This document shows, piece by piece, positions 38,859 to 48,637 of a DNA stretch of 59,881 nucleotides (positions are counted from its first letter, which is position 1; each line of letters begins with the position of its first letter). The stretch spans positions 1 through 59,881 of the IMG/VR virus record IMGVR_UViG_3300020020_000032; one strand, given 5' to 3'. The notes beneath the pieces are model-generated. The model saw only the letters and a list, made by a program, of their open reading frames with translations. It ran no database searches and was not told the origin of the DNA. The DNA is from a virus (Duplodnaviria; Caudoviricetes). The translations under genes and the position numbers were made by a program.

Positions 38859-39097
38859 CTATTAGACACCGCCACTACTATAATTGTGACGCCCATTACA
38901 ACATTCCAGATTAGCAACACAAAAAGCAACCAATTACGATCATCCTCATGTTCACTTGAACCACCCATTCCACCTGTACCGCCAGCTCCACCTGTTTGTT
39001 CTCCTGCACCTCCTACTCCACCTGCGCCACCTGTTCCACCAGCACCCTTTCTACCAGGCTTTCCAGGCTCTCCAGGCTTTCCAGCTTCACCCCTCAT
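38855..39097 (-). CDS. Gly-rich/collagen-like protein with C-terminal TM helix
   Basis: GGAGG RBS before ATG 39097; GEAGKPGEPGKPG, GGAGG repeats; hydrophobic tail. Confidence 0.7.
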   Translation of the reverse strand: MRGEAGKPGEPGKPGRKGAGGTGGAGGVGGAGEQTGGAGGTGGMGGSSEHEDDRNWLLFVLLIWNVVMGVTIIVVAVSNR

Positions 39098-39278
39098 TGT
39101 CTTTGCCTCCATTACGACGTGTATAAAGATAGACGAGAACGCCACCGACAATCGCGGTCATTAATGCAGAGAGTGTAGGATCAACAACACGTTCCGAGTT
39201 CAAGAATGTCAACGCCACAGAAGCTGCCCACATCACTGTGACAACTACCAACACCGCAAAGGCTATTTTTCTTTCCAT
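39087..39278 (-). CDS. holin-like 2-TM protein
   Basis: Two TM helices and a basic C-terminus, just downstream of the endolysin. Confidence 0.6.
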   Translation of the reverse strand: MERKIAFAVLVVVTVMWAASVALTFLNSERVVDPTLSALMTAIVGGVLVYLYTRRNGGKDNEG

Positions 39279-39385
39279 TCACGTTTCCTATCCTGTTTGC
39301 AGAAAGCCGAATAGCTGACAATCGCACCGGTCACAAACCCGATTCCTGAGTAGGAAAACATCTCCAGTAAGTATGCTGAAATCAC
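39263..39385 (-). CDS. 40-aa single-TM micro-protein (not in the ORF track)
   Basis: GTGA overlap with the endolysin stop; hydrophobic core with basic tail. Confidence 0.45.
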   Translation of the reverse strand: MISAYLLEMFSYSGIGFVTGAIVSYSAFCKQDRKREWKEK

Positions 39386-40215
39386 TTTCCAACTCTAACA
39401 AACCGTTCTACTTGACCGATCCTGCGTGTGTCGTTGCCGTGTGGATTTTCTCCACGTCTGAACACACCACCACCATTGCTTTGTGAGCCTGTATTGTCTG
39501 GCGATGTGTTACCCTCGATCGCTTTGAAATATCCCCTGCTCTTATCTACCCATCCTTCAAAGAAGCCGATATGATCGGCAACTCCACCGTCCCAATCGTA
39601 ACAAACAAGATCGCCTTTTTTCACGTTAGCTGCGCTAACCACCTGTAGACCGTTAATACCATGAAGTGCATCATTAACGATGTACGGTACATAGGCGTAC
39701 ATTCCTGAGCCTGGATGCAGATTACCAGGAGGATTCAGTCCCTTGTGGAATGCTTTGCTGTTGATCTGTACTCCGCAGTACGATACGAACATAGCACACC
39801 ATGCACCACGAACGCCGTACCAGTCAGTAACAAAAATGTCGTTATGCCCCGTACGTTCTTTCTTACCAAGATGTTTGGTTGCCTCGTTAAGCATCTTCTC
39901 GCCGATAGTCACGTTAATCTGCTGATTTATACGTGTCGAGATACGAGTCAGCATTTGAGTCGTAAGCTCAGCTTCACCTGTTAGGTAGGCGTCGAAGGTA
40001 GGTCCATAAGTTGGGACCAAATCCTTCTCAGGATAACCAATCCAGTATTTACCTCTTACGCACGATCTTCCAGTTTCAGTACCGAATTTGTGGTCGATCA
40101 GACCACGGTGCCAATCGTTCTTGAATACATTATTACCGTTCAGAACTGATTGGGCATAGCCAACTTCGTCGCTTTCAGTAAGTGGAGAAGTAATCGCTAG
40201 TGTATAATCAATCAT
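39382..40215 (-). CDS. endolysin, CHAP domain with N-terminal PG-binding-like region
   Basis: AWCAMFVSYC; GDLV.YDW; DHIG; IEGNT. Confidence 0.88.
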   Translation of the reverse strand: MIDYTLAITSPLTESDEVGYAQSVLNGNNVFKNDWHRGLIDHKFGTETGRSCVRGKYWIGYPEKDLVPTYGPTFDAYLTGEAELTTQMLTRISTRINQQINVTIGEKMLNEATKHLGKKERTGHNDIFVTDWYGVRGAWCAMFVSYCGVQINSKAFHKGLNPPGNLHPGSGMYAYVPYIVNDALHGINGLQVVSAANVKKGDLVCYDWDGGVADHIGFFEGWVDKSRGYFKAIEGNTSPDNTGSQSNGGGVFRRGENPHGNDTRRIGQVERFVRVGK

Positions 40216-40229
40216 TTTATTTCTCTCTC

Positions 40230-40922
40230 CTAAATGTAGCTCATTCTTGCAAACATGGGACGCAAAACATTTATTCCTGAACCATTCCCTGCTTTGAATA
40301 TGGCGTCACCCGCAGTACTTCCACCGTCTGCCGCTACCCAAGCCATAATCAAATAGTTACGAGATCCAGATCCAGGAGTAAATTCTAGCTTTGCCTCTAT
40401 AGGTCTTTGATCTTTCTGATTAGCGGTATCTTTGTATATTTCTACCTCGGCCAATGTACCTCTATCAATTGTAGCTTCATAAAGTTGTACACCAGTACGG
40501 GCAACGAATCCTGTACTTGCTGTTAGCGATGGATCTAATTTGGGGCAGAAAAATTCGAGTAATACTTTTTGCCCTGTAAACGTGTTGAATCCGAAATCCA
40601 GCAAGGAGACAGGTGATGCTTGGTTATCAGCCGAATCCACAGTTTGGTTTGAAGTTACCTCCACGTAATCAATTTCTCTATTAAGTAGATTGATCCAGGC
40701 TGCACCAGTATCGTAGTGAAGCTCACCACGATCTGTGACAAAATAGTAACGACCCTGTATACCGAAAGCTGGCCTTACGGCAAACGTACCGTGACCATAC
40801 ATGGCCGAAACTTCAATGCCGTCTACGAGTCTTTTTAGATCGCCTGGAACATCAGGAGCTTCATCACGTACTGTGGGATCGGGATACGAGATGTTGTATC
40901 TAGGACTATTGATCCTTGTCAC
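40230..40922 (-). CDS. tail fibre / baseplate-attached protein
   Basis: GTFA.RPA.G..GRYY..TD....YDTG..W; follows the baseplate genes. Confidence 0.65.
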   Translation of the reverse strand: MTRINSPRYNISYPDPTVRDEAPDVPGDLKRLVDGIEVSAMYGHGTFAVRPAFGIQGRYYFVTDRGELHYDTGAAWINLLNREIDYVEVTSNQTVDSADNQASPVSLLDFGFNTFTGQKVLLEFFCPKLDPSLTASTGFVARTGVQLYEATIDRGTLAEVEIYKDTANQKDQRPIEAKLEFTPGSGSRNYLIMAWVAADGGSTAGDAIFKAGNGSGINVLRPMFARMSYI

Positions 40923-40940
40923 TTATAAATCACCGCCTTT

Positions 40941-42065
40941 CTATTGATCTTCAAGGACGTTTTGGTAGGTAGTATATGTGGTGAACACTAGTTGGTAAGT
41001 AGCGAAGCCATCCAACAACTGCTGATAATCTTGACCATCAGCAACCATGTAATTAAGCGTGATGCCAGCCGGTTTTTGAGATAGAATAGCTTTGCCCACA
41101 GGTCCACTTCCTGCCGCTCTCACAGTATCGGTATAAGGTGTAGCCGTGTCGTGGACTTCTGCCTGTGCACCATCAACAAAAATGGTCTTTCCCACAGATG
41201 GTGACGAAGCGGCGTTGATGGTGAAAGTGCCTGTAACATCGGCACTCAACAGATAGATAGCCTGAATTCTTTGCCACTGATCTCTTTTACTAAGATCGGC
41301 ATCAACGCTCGATACCAAAGTTGCACCTGCGAAAGTTCCTCCATCTCTGATGTTAATTTGTCCTCCATCCCAATCAGTAGGAACCCAAATCCAGGCAGAC
41401 AAAGCTGCATGAGTATTCGCTGTTGGAGTAATAGCGATACTGCCCAACAAGGTCGAGTTGCTATAAGTACACAACAAAGATGCCACACCGTATTTGGCTC
41501 TCGTTAGTACTCTAGCAATTGAGTTCGTACCTCCTGTTGACCAACCCGTGGTGTTCACTTCAAGACTTGGATTAGCTACAAGATTGGTTGTTTCCCAATC
41601 TTCAACAGGAGTCTCAATACGTCGAGTTTTGATCGTAAGCTTGTAAGCTCCACCATCGCGCTCACGGAAGATAACCGTCTTACCACCCGAAAGATAAAGT
41701 TGAGCAGCAGCCACAATTGCCGCTGGCGATCCTCTAGTAAACCCAGGTGTTGATCTGATATAGTCTCTTAGCTTGTTGTTATATTCCTCACCTGACCCTG
41801 GTGGCGCAACTACTCCAACGAATTGAGCAAGCCACGGTAGTGCTACATCAGGCGTTCTATCAATGTCTACCACTTGTGACCAGGGTGGATATTCTTTGCC
41901 GTCTACCGTTTGGGCAGCAGAAAGATCATTCACTAATTGAAGTTGTCCAACTATAGCTTCTGACAAAACGAGCAAAGCATAGTCATGCTGCTCGTCAGCA
42001 AAAGCCACTGGTTTGAGAATCTCATAGAGTTCCTCAGTTACCTCTGAAACAGTGGGTCTAGGCAC
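40941..42065 (-). CDS. baseplate wedge protein (P2 gpI-like) with inserted carbohydrate-binding-like module
   Basis: LPWLAQFVG; RGSPAAI; NLVANPSLEVNTTGW...VDGAQ.E insert; KPAG. Confidence 0.75.
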   Translation of the reverse strand: MPRPTVSEVTEELYEILKPVAFADEQHDYALLVLSEAIVGQLQLVNDLSAAQTVDGKEYPPWSQVVDIDRTPDVALPWLAQFVGVVAPPGSGEEYNNKLRDYIRSTPGFTRGSPAAIVAAAQLYLSGGKTVIFRERDGGAYKLTIKTRRIETPVEDWETTNLVANPSLEVNTTGWSTGGTNSIARVLTRAKYGVASLLCTYSNSTLLGSIAITPTANTHAALSAWIWVPTDWDGGQINIRDGGTFAGATLVSSVDADLSKRDQWQRIQAIYLLSADVTGTFTINAASSPSVGKTIFVDGAQAEVHDTATPYTDTVRAAGSGPVGKAILSQKPAGITLNYMVADGQDYQQLLDGFATYQLVFTTYTTYQNVLEDQ

Positions 42066-43729
42066 TAGGTTACCGTTCCTGTGATAGAACCTGGGCGTGG
42101 CAAACCAACTATTCCACCCAGATTAACGTCGAGTTGAGCATATGAGTTTGAGCCACTACGCAACGCTAAGGTGGTGACGTAATCAACTCCGATCACTTCG
42201 TTAATAGCTTGTGACAATTCTAGATATCTCACCAAAGGCTTGTTAAACCACAAGGTGCTGGATGAATCGCCAAGTGTGGAAGCTTGGGGAAAGCCCCAAT
42301 TCGCAGGAGATAGGAATTGTGTGAGTGCCTCGATAATTGCATCGTGTATGAGAGTTGTATCGTATCCCTGCAAAGCCTTAGCTACAAACTGCACGTCGAT
42401 AGTCGTGTAGAACGGATCAGCAACAAAGGTGATGAAGTTGACTTCTCTGAGACTCTCTAGGTAGTTATCAATTTCGATCTTGATTCCCGAGCTAACAGGC
42501 TCACCATCTGCATCAACAGGAAAGTCCGTTACCATTCGATCGTTGCCAGTTTCAGCAGTTCCACCAATTACCCAATCAATGCCGGGGCCACGTCGTAGTT
42601 GGATAACATCAATGTAATGCACTTCGGTGTTTGCTGGTGCAATCACTTTTGCTATAACTCTACAGGTAACAGCGTTGATGGGAGCAATCGCATTCTGCAC
42701 AGACGCCTGAACAAATGATCCTGTAACATCAGCAACCGATGTACTATCCGAATCAGAGATTGCTGATGTACCACCGGCATCACTGTACCATCTAATACAA
42801 ACCCTACAGTTGCGTCCCGTAGTAACCGCTCTGAACTGTGCTACCGCTGAATAGATATCACCGGGAACAACGGCAAAGGCCGGTGTAGTGCGAGCAGACA
42901 TATCTGCTGCGCTTGAGGCTGTAAGAGTCAGCGAAGCCACACCGTCAACCTTCTGTACTGTGCTACGTGCGACGGCACAGTTTATATCGTTCTGCCAGCC
43001 AGTAGCGTCAGTCTCGATACTTGACTGGTTAGCGGTCAACAGGTTGTGAAGCGGGTTGTATCCGTCGATGGCTGTAGCTCTGGAAACTCCATCAATGTCC
43101 AACGCAAACACCGCAAAATCTCTAGCCAAGATCGGACGCGGAGCTAGCATCTGTAGTCTGAGAACGAGCCTATTGAGGTATTCATCGTCAGTCTCGGCAT
43201 CCATTCCTCCTGTAGTATCCGCATCGAGAGTTACTGAAACGATGTAGTCCAGGGGATCAAGCAAATCAATTAGACTACTCATAGGTAGTCCCGAAGCTGC
43301 CACTCCTGCTTCGATAGCTTGAATTCCAACTAGCGTTACAGTAGTTGAACCTCCAGGAATCACAGCCTCAGCCAGAGTTTCAAAGGCAATCAACTCATTA
43401 CCGGAAGTATGGATAGATAGCTGAGTAGCGGCAGGGATCGTATAACCTGAGTTGTTGATAGCCGTGAACGTTACTGTGCTTTGGGCGTACGCTGCTTCGT
43501 GTGGAGGTACGCCAACAAGTTGACCGAAGTACCTGAAAATATCCGTAGGTACCGCACTCGCAACATCGCGGGCTTCTGCTGTCAAACGAGCATTCGCTTC
43601 AATCATCACAGTTTCTAGATTTCCATCATTAGGAACCCACTCAGGAAATCTAGACTGAATGAAGTCAAATCCCTCTTGTGCCAGAATATCTGGATCTGTC
43701 TCAATCGGGATTTCAATGTAGTTACTCAT
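42065..43729 (-). CDS. baseplate J-like protein with inserted carbohydrate-binding-like module
   Basis: GGMDAETDDEYLNR; NLLTANQSSIET...W...YID insert; V.GVDYV. Confidence 0.88.
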   Translation of the reverse strand: MSNYIEIPIETDPDILAQEGFDFIQSRFPEWVPNDGNLETVMIEANARLTAEARDVASAVPTDIFRYFGQLVGVPPHEAAYAQSTVTFTAINNSGYTIPAATQLSIHTSGNELIAFETLAEAVIPGGSTTVTLVGIQAIEAGVAASGLPMSSLIDLLDPLDYIVSVTLDADTTGGMDAETDDEYLNRLVLRLQMLAPRPILARDFAVFALDIDGVSRATAIDGYNPLHNLLTANQSSIETDATGWQNDINCAVARSTVQKVDGVASLTLTASSAADMSARTTPAFAVVPGDIYSAVAQFRAVTTGRNCRVCIRWYSDAGGTSAISDSDSTSVADVTGSFVQASVQNAIAPINAVTCRVIAKVIAPANTEVHYIDVIQLRRGPGIDWVIGGTAETGNDRMVTDFPVDADGEPVSSGIKIEIDNYLESLREVNFITFVADPFYTTIDVQFVAKALQGYDTTLIHDAIIEALTQFLSPANWGFPQASTLGDSSSTLWFNKPLVRYLELSQAINEVIGVDYVTTLALRSGSNSYAQLDVNLGGIVGLPRPGSITGTVT

Positions 43730-44045
43730 TTACCACCTCCACACTAATCTGTTGTAGCAAAGGATTCAGCTTGTCAAGAACAGCGTGACCAATATTCGTA
43801 CCGATACGTTCCTCCCAACGCGCAATTGCTTCGCGGATCAAATCTTCATCGGGAGTAGGCATAGCAAAGGTTTGATCTGGTAGACCAAATTCTGGTTTTT
43901 CTGGTCTATCACCTTCTGTGTATCTAACAATTAGCTCCACGCAGTCTCTTAGCTCATCCTCCGTATCTTGTTCAGTCACGACGAACTGTTGTAGTCCACT
44001 GTCGAATCTAAGTGGAAGTGAAAAGTGCGGGCTTTCAATTGCCAT
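43722..44045 (-). CDS. baseplate wedge gp25/gpW-like protein
   Basis: G.RPEKPEFG; I.RWE.R; GGAGG RBS. Confidence 0.8.
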   Translation of the reverse strand: MAIESPHFSLPLRFDSGLQQFVVTEQDTEDELRDCVELIVRYTEGDRPEKPEFGLPDQTFAMPTPDEDLIREAIARWEERIGTNIGHAVLDKLNPLLQQISVEVVNE

Positions 44046-44317
44046 TAAGACACACCTCCTTCCGATCCTGACCACCACGCAATAACGAATGGTTTTTGCT
44101 TCTCATCCCAAACCACTAAACATGCATCACCACGGGCAGGAAGGTCGATACCTTTTATTACCCACCTACAAGGACCAAATCTTGTTTGATTGCCACCTAG
44201 GGATGGAACAATAACCATAACTGTGGCAAAACCATTGATAGCACTCGTAGCTATAGTGCCTGACCACACACCTTCTATACCATGTTCAATCTCTGGAAGT
44301 GCATCGAAAACGCTCAT
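44045..44317 (-). CDS. short baseplate spike (gpV N-terminal OB-like) protein
   Basis: GPC.W....LP.RGD.CLV.W; position after the hub. Confidence 0.55.
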   Translation of the reverse strand: MSVFDALPEIEHGIEGVWSGTIATSAINGFATVMVIVPSLGGNQTRFGPCRWVIKGIDLPARGDACLVVWDEKQKPFVIAWWSGSEGGVS

Positions 44318-46338
44318 TCCTTTACCGCCACGTGAATATGGTCTTCGTGGTCAGCTAACGTTGAATTGTCATAAGCACCAAGAGGATAAGACAAGTGATC
44401 GACCGGACCAATCAATTCATCTATTTTGAGTAGCGTCGCACGATTGCGAATCCAGGTCATTGCATTTACGACCCTGGGTCCATCTCCTTGATAATTGCCC
44501 ATATCCACAGCCAAGCCTCGCCAGTGGTTAGACACGTTGCCACCATTCGTGAACTTGCTATGATCTGTTTTCAGCGAAGTAACCGTAATCGGGAATCCAG
44601 CATCAGTGAAGGCAAGCATGAACCTGAGCAAATTAGGCTTAATCAAACTCAGAGCAATGTCCTGTGTCTGACTACCACGAACGAACGTAATCAGAGGATT
44701 GTTGATTACGGCATCACGTAGTTCCTTACCATGCGGATACCCACTAGGTGGTCTAGGCTCGTATCCTGGTGGAGGCTCAAACTGTTTCTTGTTAGGTACG
44801 TCCAAAATACCTGAAATCTCACTCCTTTTCGGTTCGGGTAGTTTAGCTCTGGGCTTCTTGCAAGTGATGGTAGCCTTGGGATCAAACAGAGAACGCTGGA
44901 TATCTGTAACTAACCATCGACCATTGATAACACCACTATCCACTACTGCAACAGTAGAACCTGGTGGAGCAGCCCAACGTTCGACTCTAGCCGTAATATC
45001 AATTTGAGCATTCTTCTTGCCTGTGTCGTAATCGAAGTCAATCCAGTCCACACCTTCGGACTCTTCACTTAGATGTACTCTAGGAGCAGACCTGAACAAC
45101 CACGGTTCGCTGATAAAGTAGATAACACCACTAACCTCGAAACAACGCCAGTTAACCTCGTCGGCTAGACGTTGCAGGCAAGACCAGCTATCTTCTCTTT
45201 CACCCTTTGGATTGATCTTTGATTTAGGCTTGCCTCTCATGAATTGCATCTTGTCTGTGCCAGCCGCAATTTCTAGTCTACGTTGCTGGTTCGCGTCTGC
45301 TGTGTCTCCGTCATTGGAATTGTCACCACCGGCGATACCATAGGCGGTTACTAGACGTTCAGCTTCAACACGCCAAGCTGCGTAAGCCTGTGGATACGCA
45401 CTAACCTGAACTGCCTGACAAATCTCGGAGTAAGTTGCCTTCGGGTGATCCAAGCGCCAAGTCACAGCTTTGTCGTAGAACTTGCCAGAAGCATAGGTGG
45501 GATTCATACGCTGGTCAAACGTGCCCCAACTAGGCTGTTGCTGAAATAGTCCTACACTACCTCGTATCCTCAAAAACTTCGGAGCGTCCGGCCCATATAC
45601 GTCACCCCACGGATGATTGTAAGCCGTAGCTTCTTGAATGACCGTCATAACCGCACAAACTAGAATTTCCCGTTTAACCACTCTACGAGTACCTTCATCC
45701 AAAACCTGTTCTATATTGCGCAGCTGTTCAGATGTAGGTGCAATGTTTTTAATCGTGACAGGTTTGCCAGCTTGCTGCGCTCTTGCAATCGCGCTTTTCC
45801 AGTCACCGAATCCAGGCTTACGATTCTTGTGCTTCTCAGCTTGATCCCTGTCAAACCTGGTCCTGTGCAATTCAGGACAGACAAATGGGATTTGAAACTC
45901 TTTCACTTCATTGACAAGAATCTGTGCGAAACGAGAACGAGTCAACTGTCCCCACTTAGATGCCCGAAAATTCTTGTACGTGCGTAGAATAGCGACTTCA
46001 CGCGATTCAAACGTAAGAGTGATATTATGGCCTGACTTGCCAACATGCACAAGACGGAACCAAAGACCGTCGATCTTGATATCCACCTTAGCCGCAAGGC
46101 GTCCCGAATTTCTGATAAGACCATAACGATCATTGACAACTATCTCGACCGTTGATGCTCCCTCGATTGTCCTGTGAATGTTGGCACTAATGACAGCTTC
46201 CTCAAACCGGAAGTTCGGCAGATTCCTCGTGATGAAAGAGAGTGCATCCAAGTCAAGATCATCAGACAAAAGCTCAGTCTGATTTTCCAGCCTTGAAAGC
46301 TGAAGTTTCTGCCTAACGTCTTTGAGTCTCTTGGGCAT
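44314..46338 (-). CDS. baseplate hub with inserted lysozyme-like domain and C-terminal M15-like Zn peptidase domain
   Basis: E.SWSCLQRLADEVNW (hub); QE...SVGLFQQ..SWG...RMNP; SNHW.G.AVD...HEDHIHV. Confidence 0.75.
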   Translation of the reverse strand: MPKRLKDVRQKLQLSRLENQTELLSDDLDLDALSFITRNLPNFRFEEAVISANIHRTIEGASTVEIVVNDRYGLIRNSGRLAAKVDIKIDGLWFRLVHVGKSGHNITLTFESREVAILRTYKNFRASKWGQLTRSRFAQILVNEVKEFQIPFVCPELHRTRFDRDQAEKHKNRKPGFGDWKSAIARAQQAGKPVTIKNIAPTSEQLRNIEQVLDEGTRRVVKREILVCAVMTVIQEATAYNHPWGDVYGPDAPKFLRIRGSVGLFQQQPSWGTFDQRMNPTYASGKFYDKAVTWRLDHPKATYSEICQAVQVSAYPQAYAAWRVEAERLVTAYGIAGGDNSNDGDTADANQQRRLEIAAGTDKMQFMRGKPKSKINPKGEREDSWSCLQRLADEVNWRCFEVSGVIYFISEPWLFRSAPRVHLSEESEGVDWIDFDYDTGKKNAQIDITARVERWAAPPGSTVAVVDSGVINGRWLVTDIQRSLFDPKATITCKKPRAKLPEPKRSEISGILDVPNKKQFEPPPGYEPRPPSGYPHGKELRDAVINNPLITFVRGSQTQDIALSLIKPNLLRFMLAFTDAGFPITVTSLKTDHSKFTNGGNVSNHWRGLAVDMGNYQGDGPRVVNAMTWIRNRATLLKIDELIGPVDHLSYPLGAYDNSTLADHEDHIHVAVKE

Positions 46339-46847
46339 TACTTCTTGGCCTTTTTCTTCTTTCTGTTCTTCTTTAGTCTCAGACGCTTTGATGCCGTCAA
46401 TTGAATCTTGTCAGCTCTAACATCACGGATCACACTGACTAGTGCTTCCTGTCTAACTCTGTCTCCATCAGTCTGACGACGAATCATCTCTTTGAATTGA
46501 ATGTTCGTGATTCGATAGTCTAGACCTGTATGAGGAACCGCAGCACCCGAAATCTTTACGACAGGTGGATCATCGAAATCCTCACTAAACGCCATTTTCT
46601 CAAGGATCTCAACTTCCTTCTCAACAGAGTCTCCTTGATGACTTTTAGCATATCCATCGATTACAATGTCAATGTCCATTTGCAGAGGATCACGACCATT
46701 CCACTGTACTAGGCTAAGTCTTCTGGGACGTGGAACGATATCCCAACCACCATAACCACCTGTGGGTTTCACACCATCATTACCCAACCAGCAGGTAAAC
46801 GACATATTCGGATCTTTTGATTTAAATGTGATTCTACCCTCAGCCAT
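46338..46847 (-). CDS. tail tube initiator-like protein
   Basis: GGW..V.RPRR....W.G..P; LE.MA...PP.V.I.G; position after the tape measure. Confidence 0.6.
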   Translation of the reverse strand: MAEGRITFKSKDPNMSFTCWLGNDGVKPTGGYGGWDIVPRPRRLSLVQWNGRDPLQMDIDIVIDGYAKSHQGDSVEKEVEILEKMAFSEDFDDPPVVKISGAAVPHTGLDYRITNIQFKEMIRRQTDGDRVRQEALVSVIRDVRADKIQLTASKRLRLKKNRKKKKAKK

Positions 46848-48634
46848 TATCGCCTAGCCTGTCGATCCAGCCTATGTTTGAACACAACCTTTCCAATCTC
46901 ACGACCATCGATGATAACGGGAGCAGGTTCGATAACCAAAGAGAATGAACCGCCGCCTGCATTACCAGCCCCCACAGGAGTAACAGCAGAGCCGCGAGGC
47001 AAATGCACTACTTCTGGTCTTCCACCTTCACCAACCAAAAAGGCGCCAGGATTCGTAACTGTACCACCATGCTGCAAGCCTACTAGACTCAGGGCGCTCC
47101 GATTCCACCATGCTTTATCGTTACCAGGTTTAGTCCAACTACGAACCTTTTGCAACAGATGCCACGCTCTCTCAATCCAATGAGTTAGTTGTTTCCAATA
47201 TCTAATCACTACGACAATTCCCATGATTAGAGGACCGAAGATTGGAATCATGGCCAGCATGTACCAGTGATTGTAAAGGAAGCTAGCTACTCTATTTACA
47301 ATGTCGTGGAATGCTTGCCACTTTAAGTAGAGAACAATTAGTGCTATAGCTAGACCGATGGTCAAAGCAATAAGCAAGATTAGTGGAGCTTCGATGAGAT
47401 ACAGAGCGACGACAGCGACAGTCAACGCAGCATCCCAAGCCCAGGTAGCAACAGTAACAACACCCAGAGCGAGAGCCGTACCATAGAGTACAAGCTTCCA
47501 GATAATCATGAGGGCCAGAACCACACCTATGGTGATACCGAGTATCCTCATAACCACTTTCGCTGAGTCACCCTTCTCACCAAAGATACCCAGTGGTTTG
47601 AGAATTGCATTCAGAATCTTGAAGAAGATCGCAAACGTAACAACGAACCCTTGCATGATTCCAAGGAATACGTTGAACAGATTGATGATTACGTGAGTCT
47701 TAGGACTCAAAGCTTTGTCAAGAGCTTCAACCACCATGTAGATGGTAATCGGCCTATTGCCTTGAATCATTGGCAACAGGGCTTTGTCAACGTCTTGAAG
47801 TGCTTTGGTCAGACCTGAGAAAAGACCTTGCTGACTACGACCAGCAGCAAAACGCAAGATATCTTGGAACGTTGTCCAAGCACCTGTAAGCGTCTGAGTA
47901 GCTAGAGCGAAGTTCTTACCCTCATAGCCGGCTGTCTTTTGATACTCGATCAAAGCTCGCGTAGCATCACCAGCAGGCACCAAACCTTCATGGATCAATT
48001 CCATGACCCTCGCCGAAGTAACGCCATACATATGAGCTAGCATCGCTACTAGTGGAATGTTGTCTCTTGCTAGAGCATTGACTTGCTGACCTGTGACTCG
48101 ACCAAGAGCAAAGATATGAGCCATTTGTAGCGTAGCTCTAGTGAGATACTGGTTTGATGCAACACCCTGAGCGGACAGAGTGTTCGTGAGAGCTTCAACG
48201 GTGGCATTAACTTGCTGTAGATTGCTGTTGTAAGGTACCAATCTACGAGTCGCCATCAGAATGTCAGGGAAGCTGAATGGCGTGATAGCTGCCAGTCTAT
48301 AGATCTGATTCAACTCATTCTCGATAGCCTGCGCTCCAACGATGAAACCCTTGAAGCCTACTCTGGCTTCATTCATCTGACGATTGAAGTCGAATCCCCA
48401 TTTGAGGATTACAGCACCAAACGCAATGAATCCCAGAGTTAATCCGTAAGTTAATCGACGCAGGGTGAACAACGCCTGATTCATTAACCAGGTACGTCTA
48501 GTGGTAAGCGTCATTACCTTTCCGGTCGCAGTAGTAGTCGTAGCTAGGCCATGCATACCAGCCCTAGCTTGTGCTAGACCCGTAAGGAATTGACGCTTAC
48601 CAGCTAGAAGAAGGTTAACGATTACTTCACTCAT
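46847..48634 (-). CDS. tape measure protein
   Basis: A..TPFSF; TL.GAW..F.D; hydrophobic segments; position after the chaperone. Confidence 0.88.
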   Translation of the reverse strand: MSEVIVNLLLAGKRQFLTGLAQARAGMHGLATTTTATGKVMTLTTRRTWLMNQALFTLRRLTYGLTLGFIAFGAVILKWGFDFNRQMNEARVGFKGFIVGAQAIENELNQIYRLAAITPFSFPDILMATRRLVPYNSNLQQVNATVEALTNTLSAQGVASNQYLTRATLQMAHIFALGRVTGQQVNALARDNIPLVAMLAHMYGVTSARVMELIHEGLVPAGDATRALIEYQKTAGYEGKNFALATQTLTGAWTTFQDILRFAAGRSQQGLFSGLTKALQDVDKALLPMIQGNRPITIYMVVEALDKALSPKTHVIINLFNVFLGIMQGFVVTFAIFFKILNAILKPLGIFGEKGDSAKVVMRILGITIGVVLALMIIWKLVLYGTALALGVVTVATWAWDAALTVAVVALYLIEAPLILLIALTIGLAIALIVLYLKWQAFHDIVNRVASFLYNHWYMLAMIPIFGPLIMGIVVVIRYWKQLTHWIERAWHLLQKVRSWTKPGNDKAWWNRSALSLVGLQHGGTVTNPGAFLVGEGGRPEVVHLPRGSAVTPVGAGNAGGGSFSLVIEPAPVIIDGREIGKVVFKHRLDRQARR

Positions 48635-48637
48635 TTG

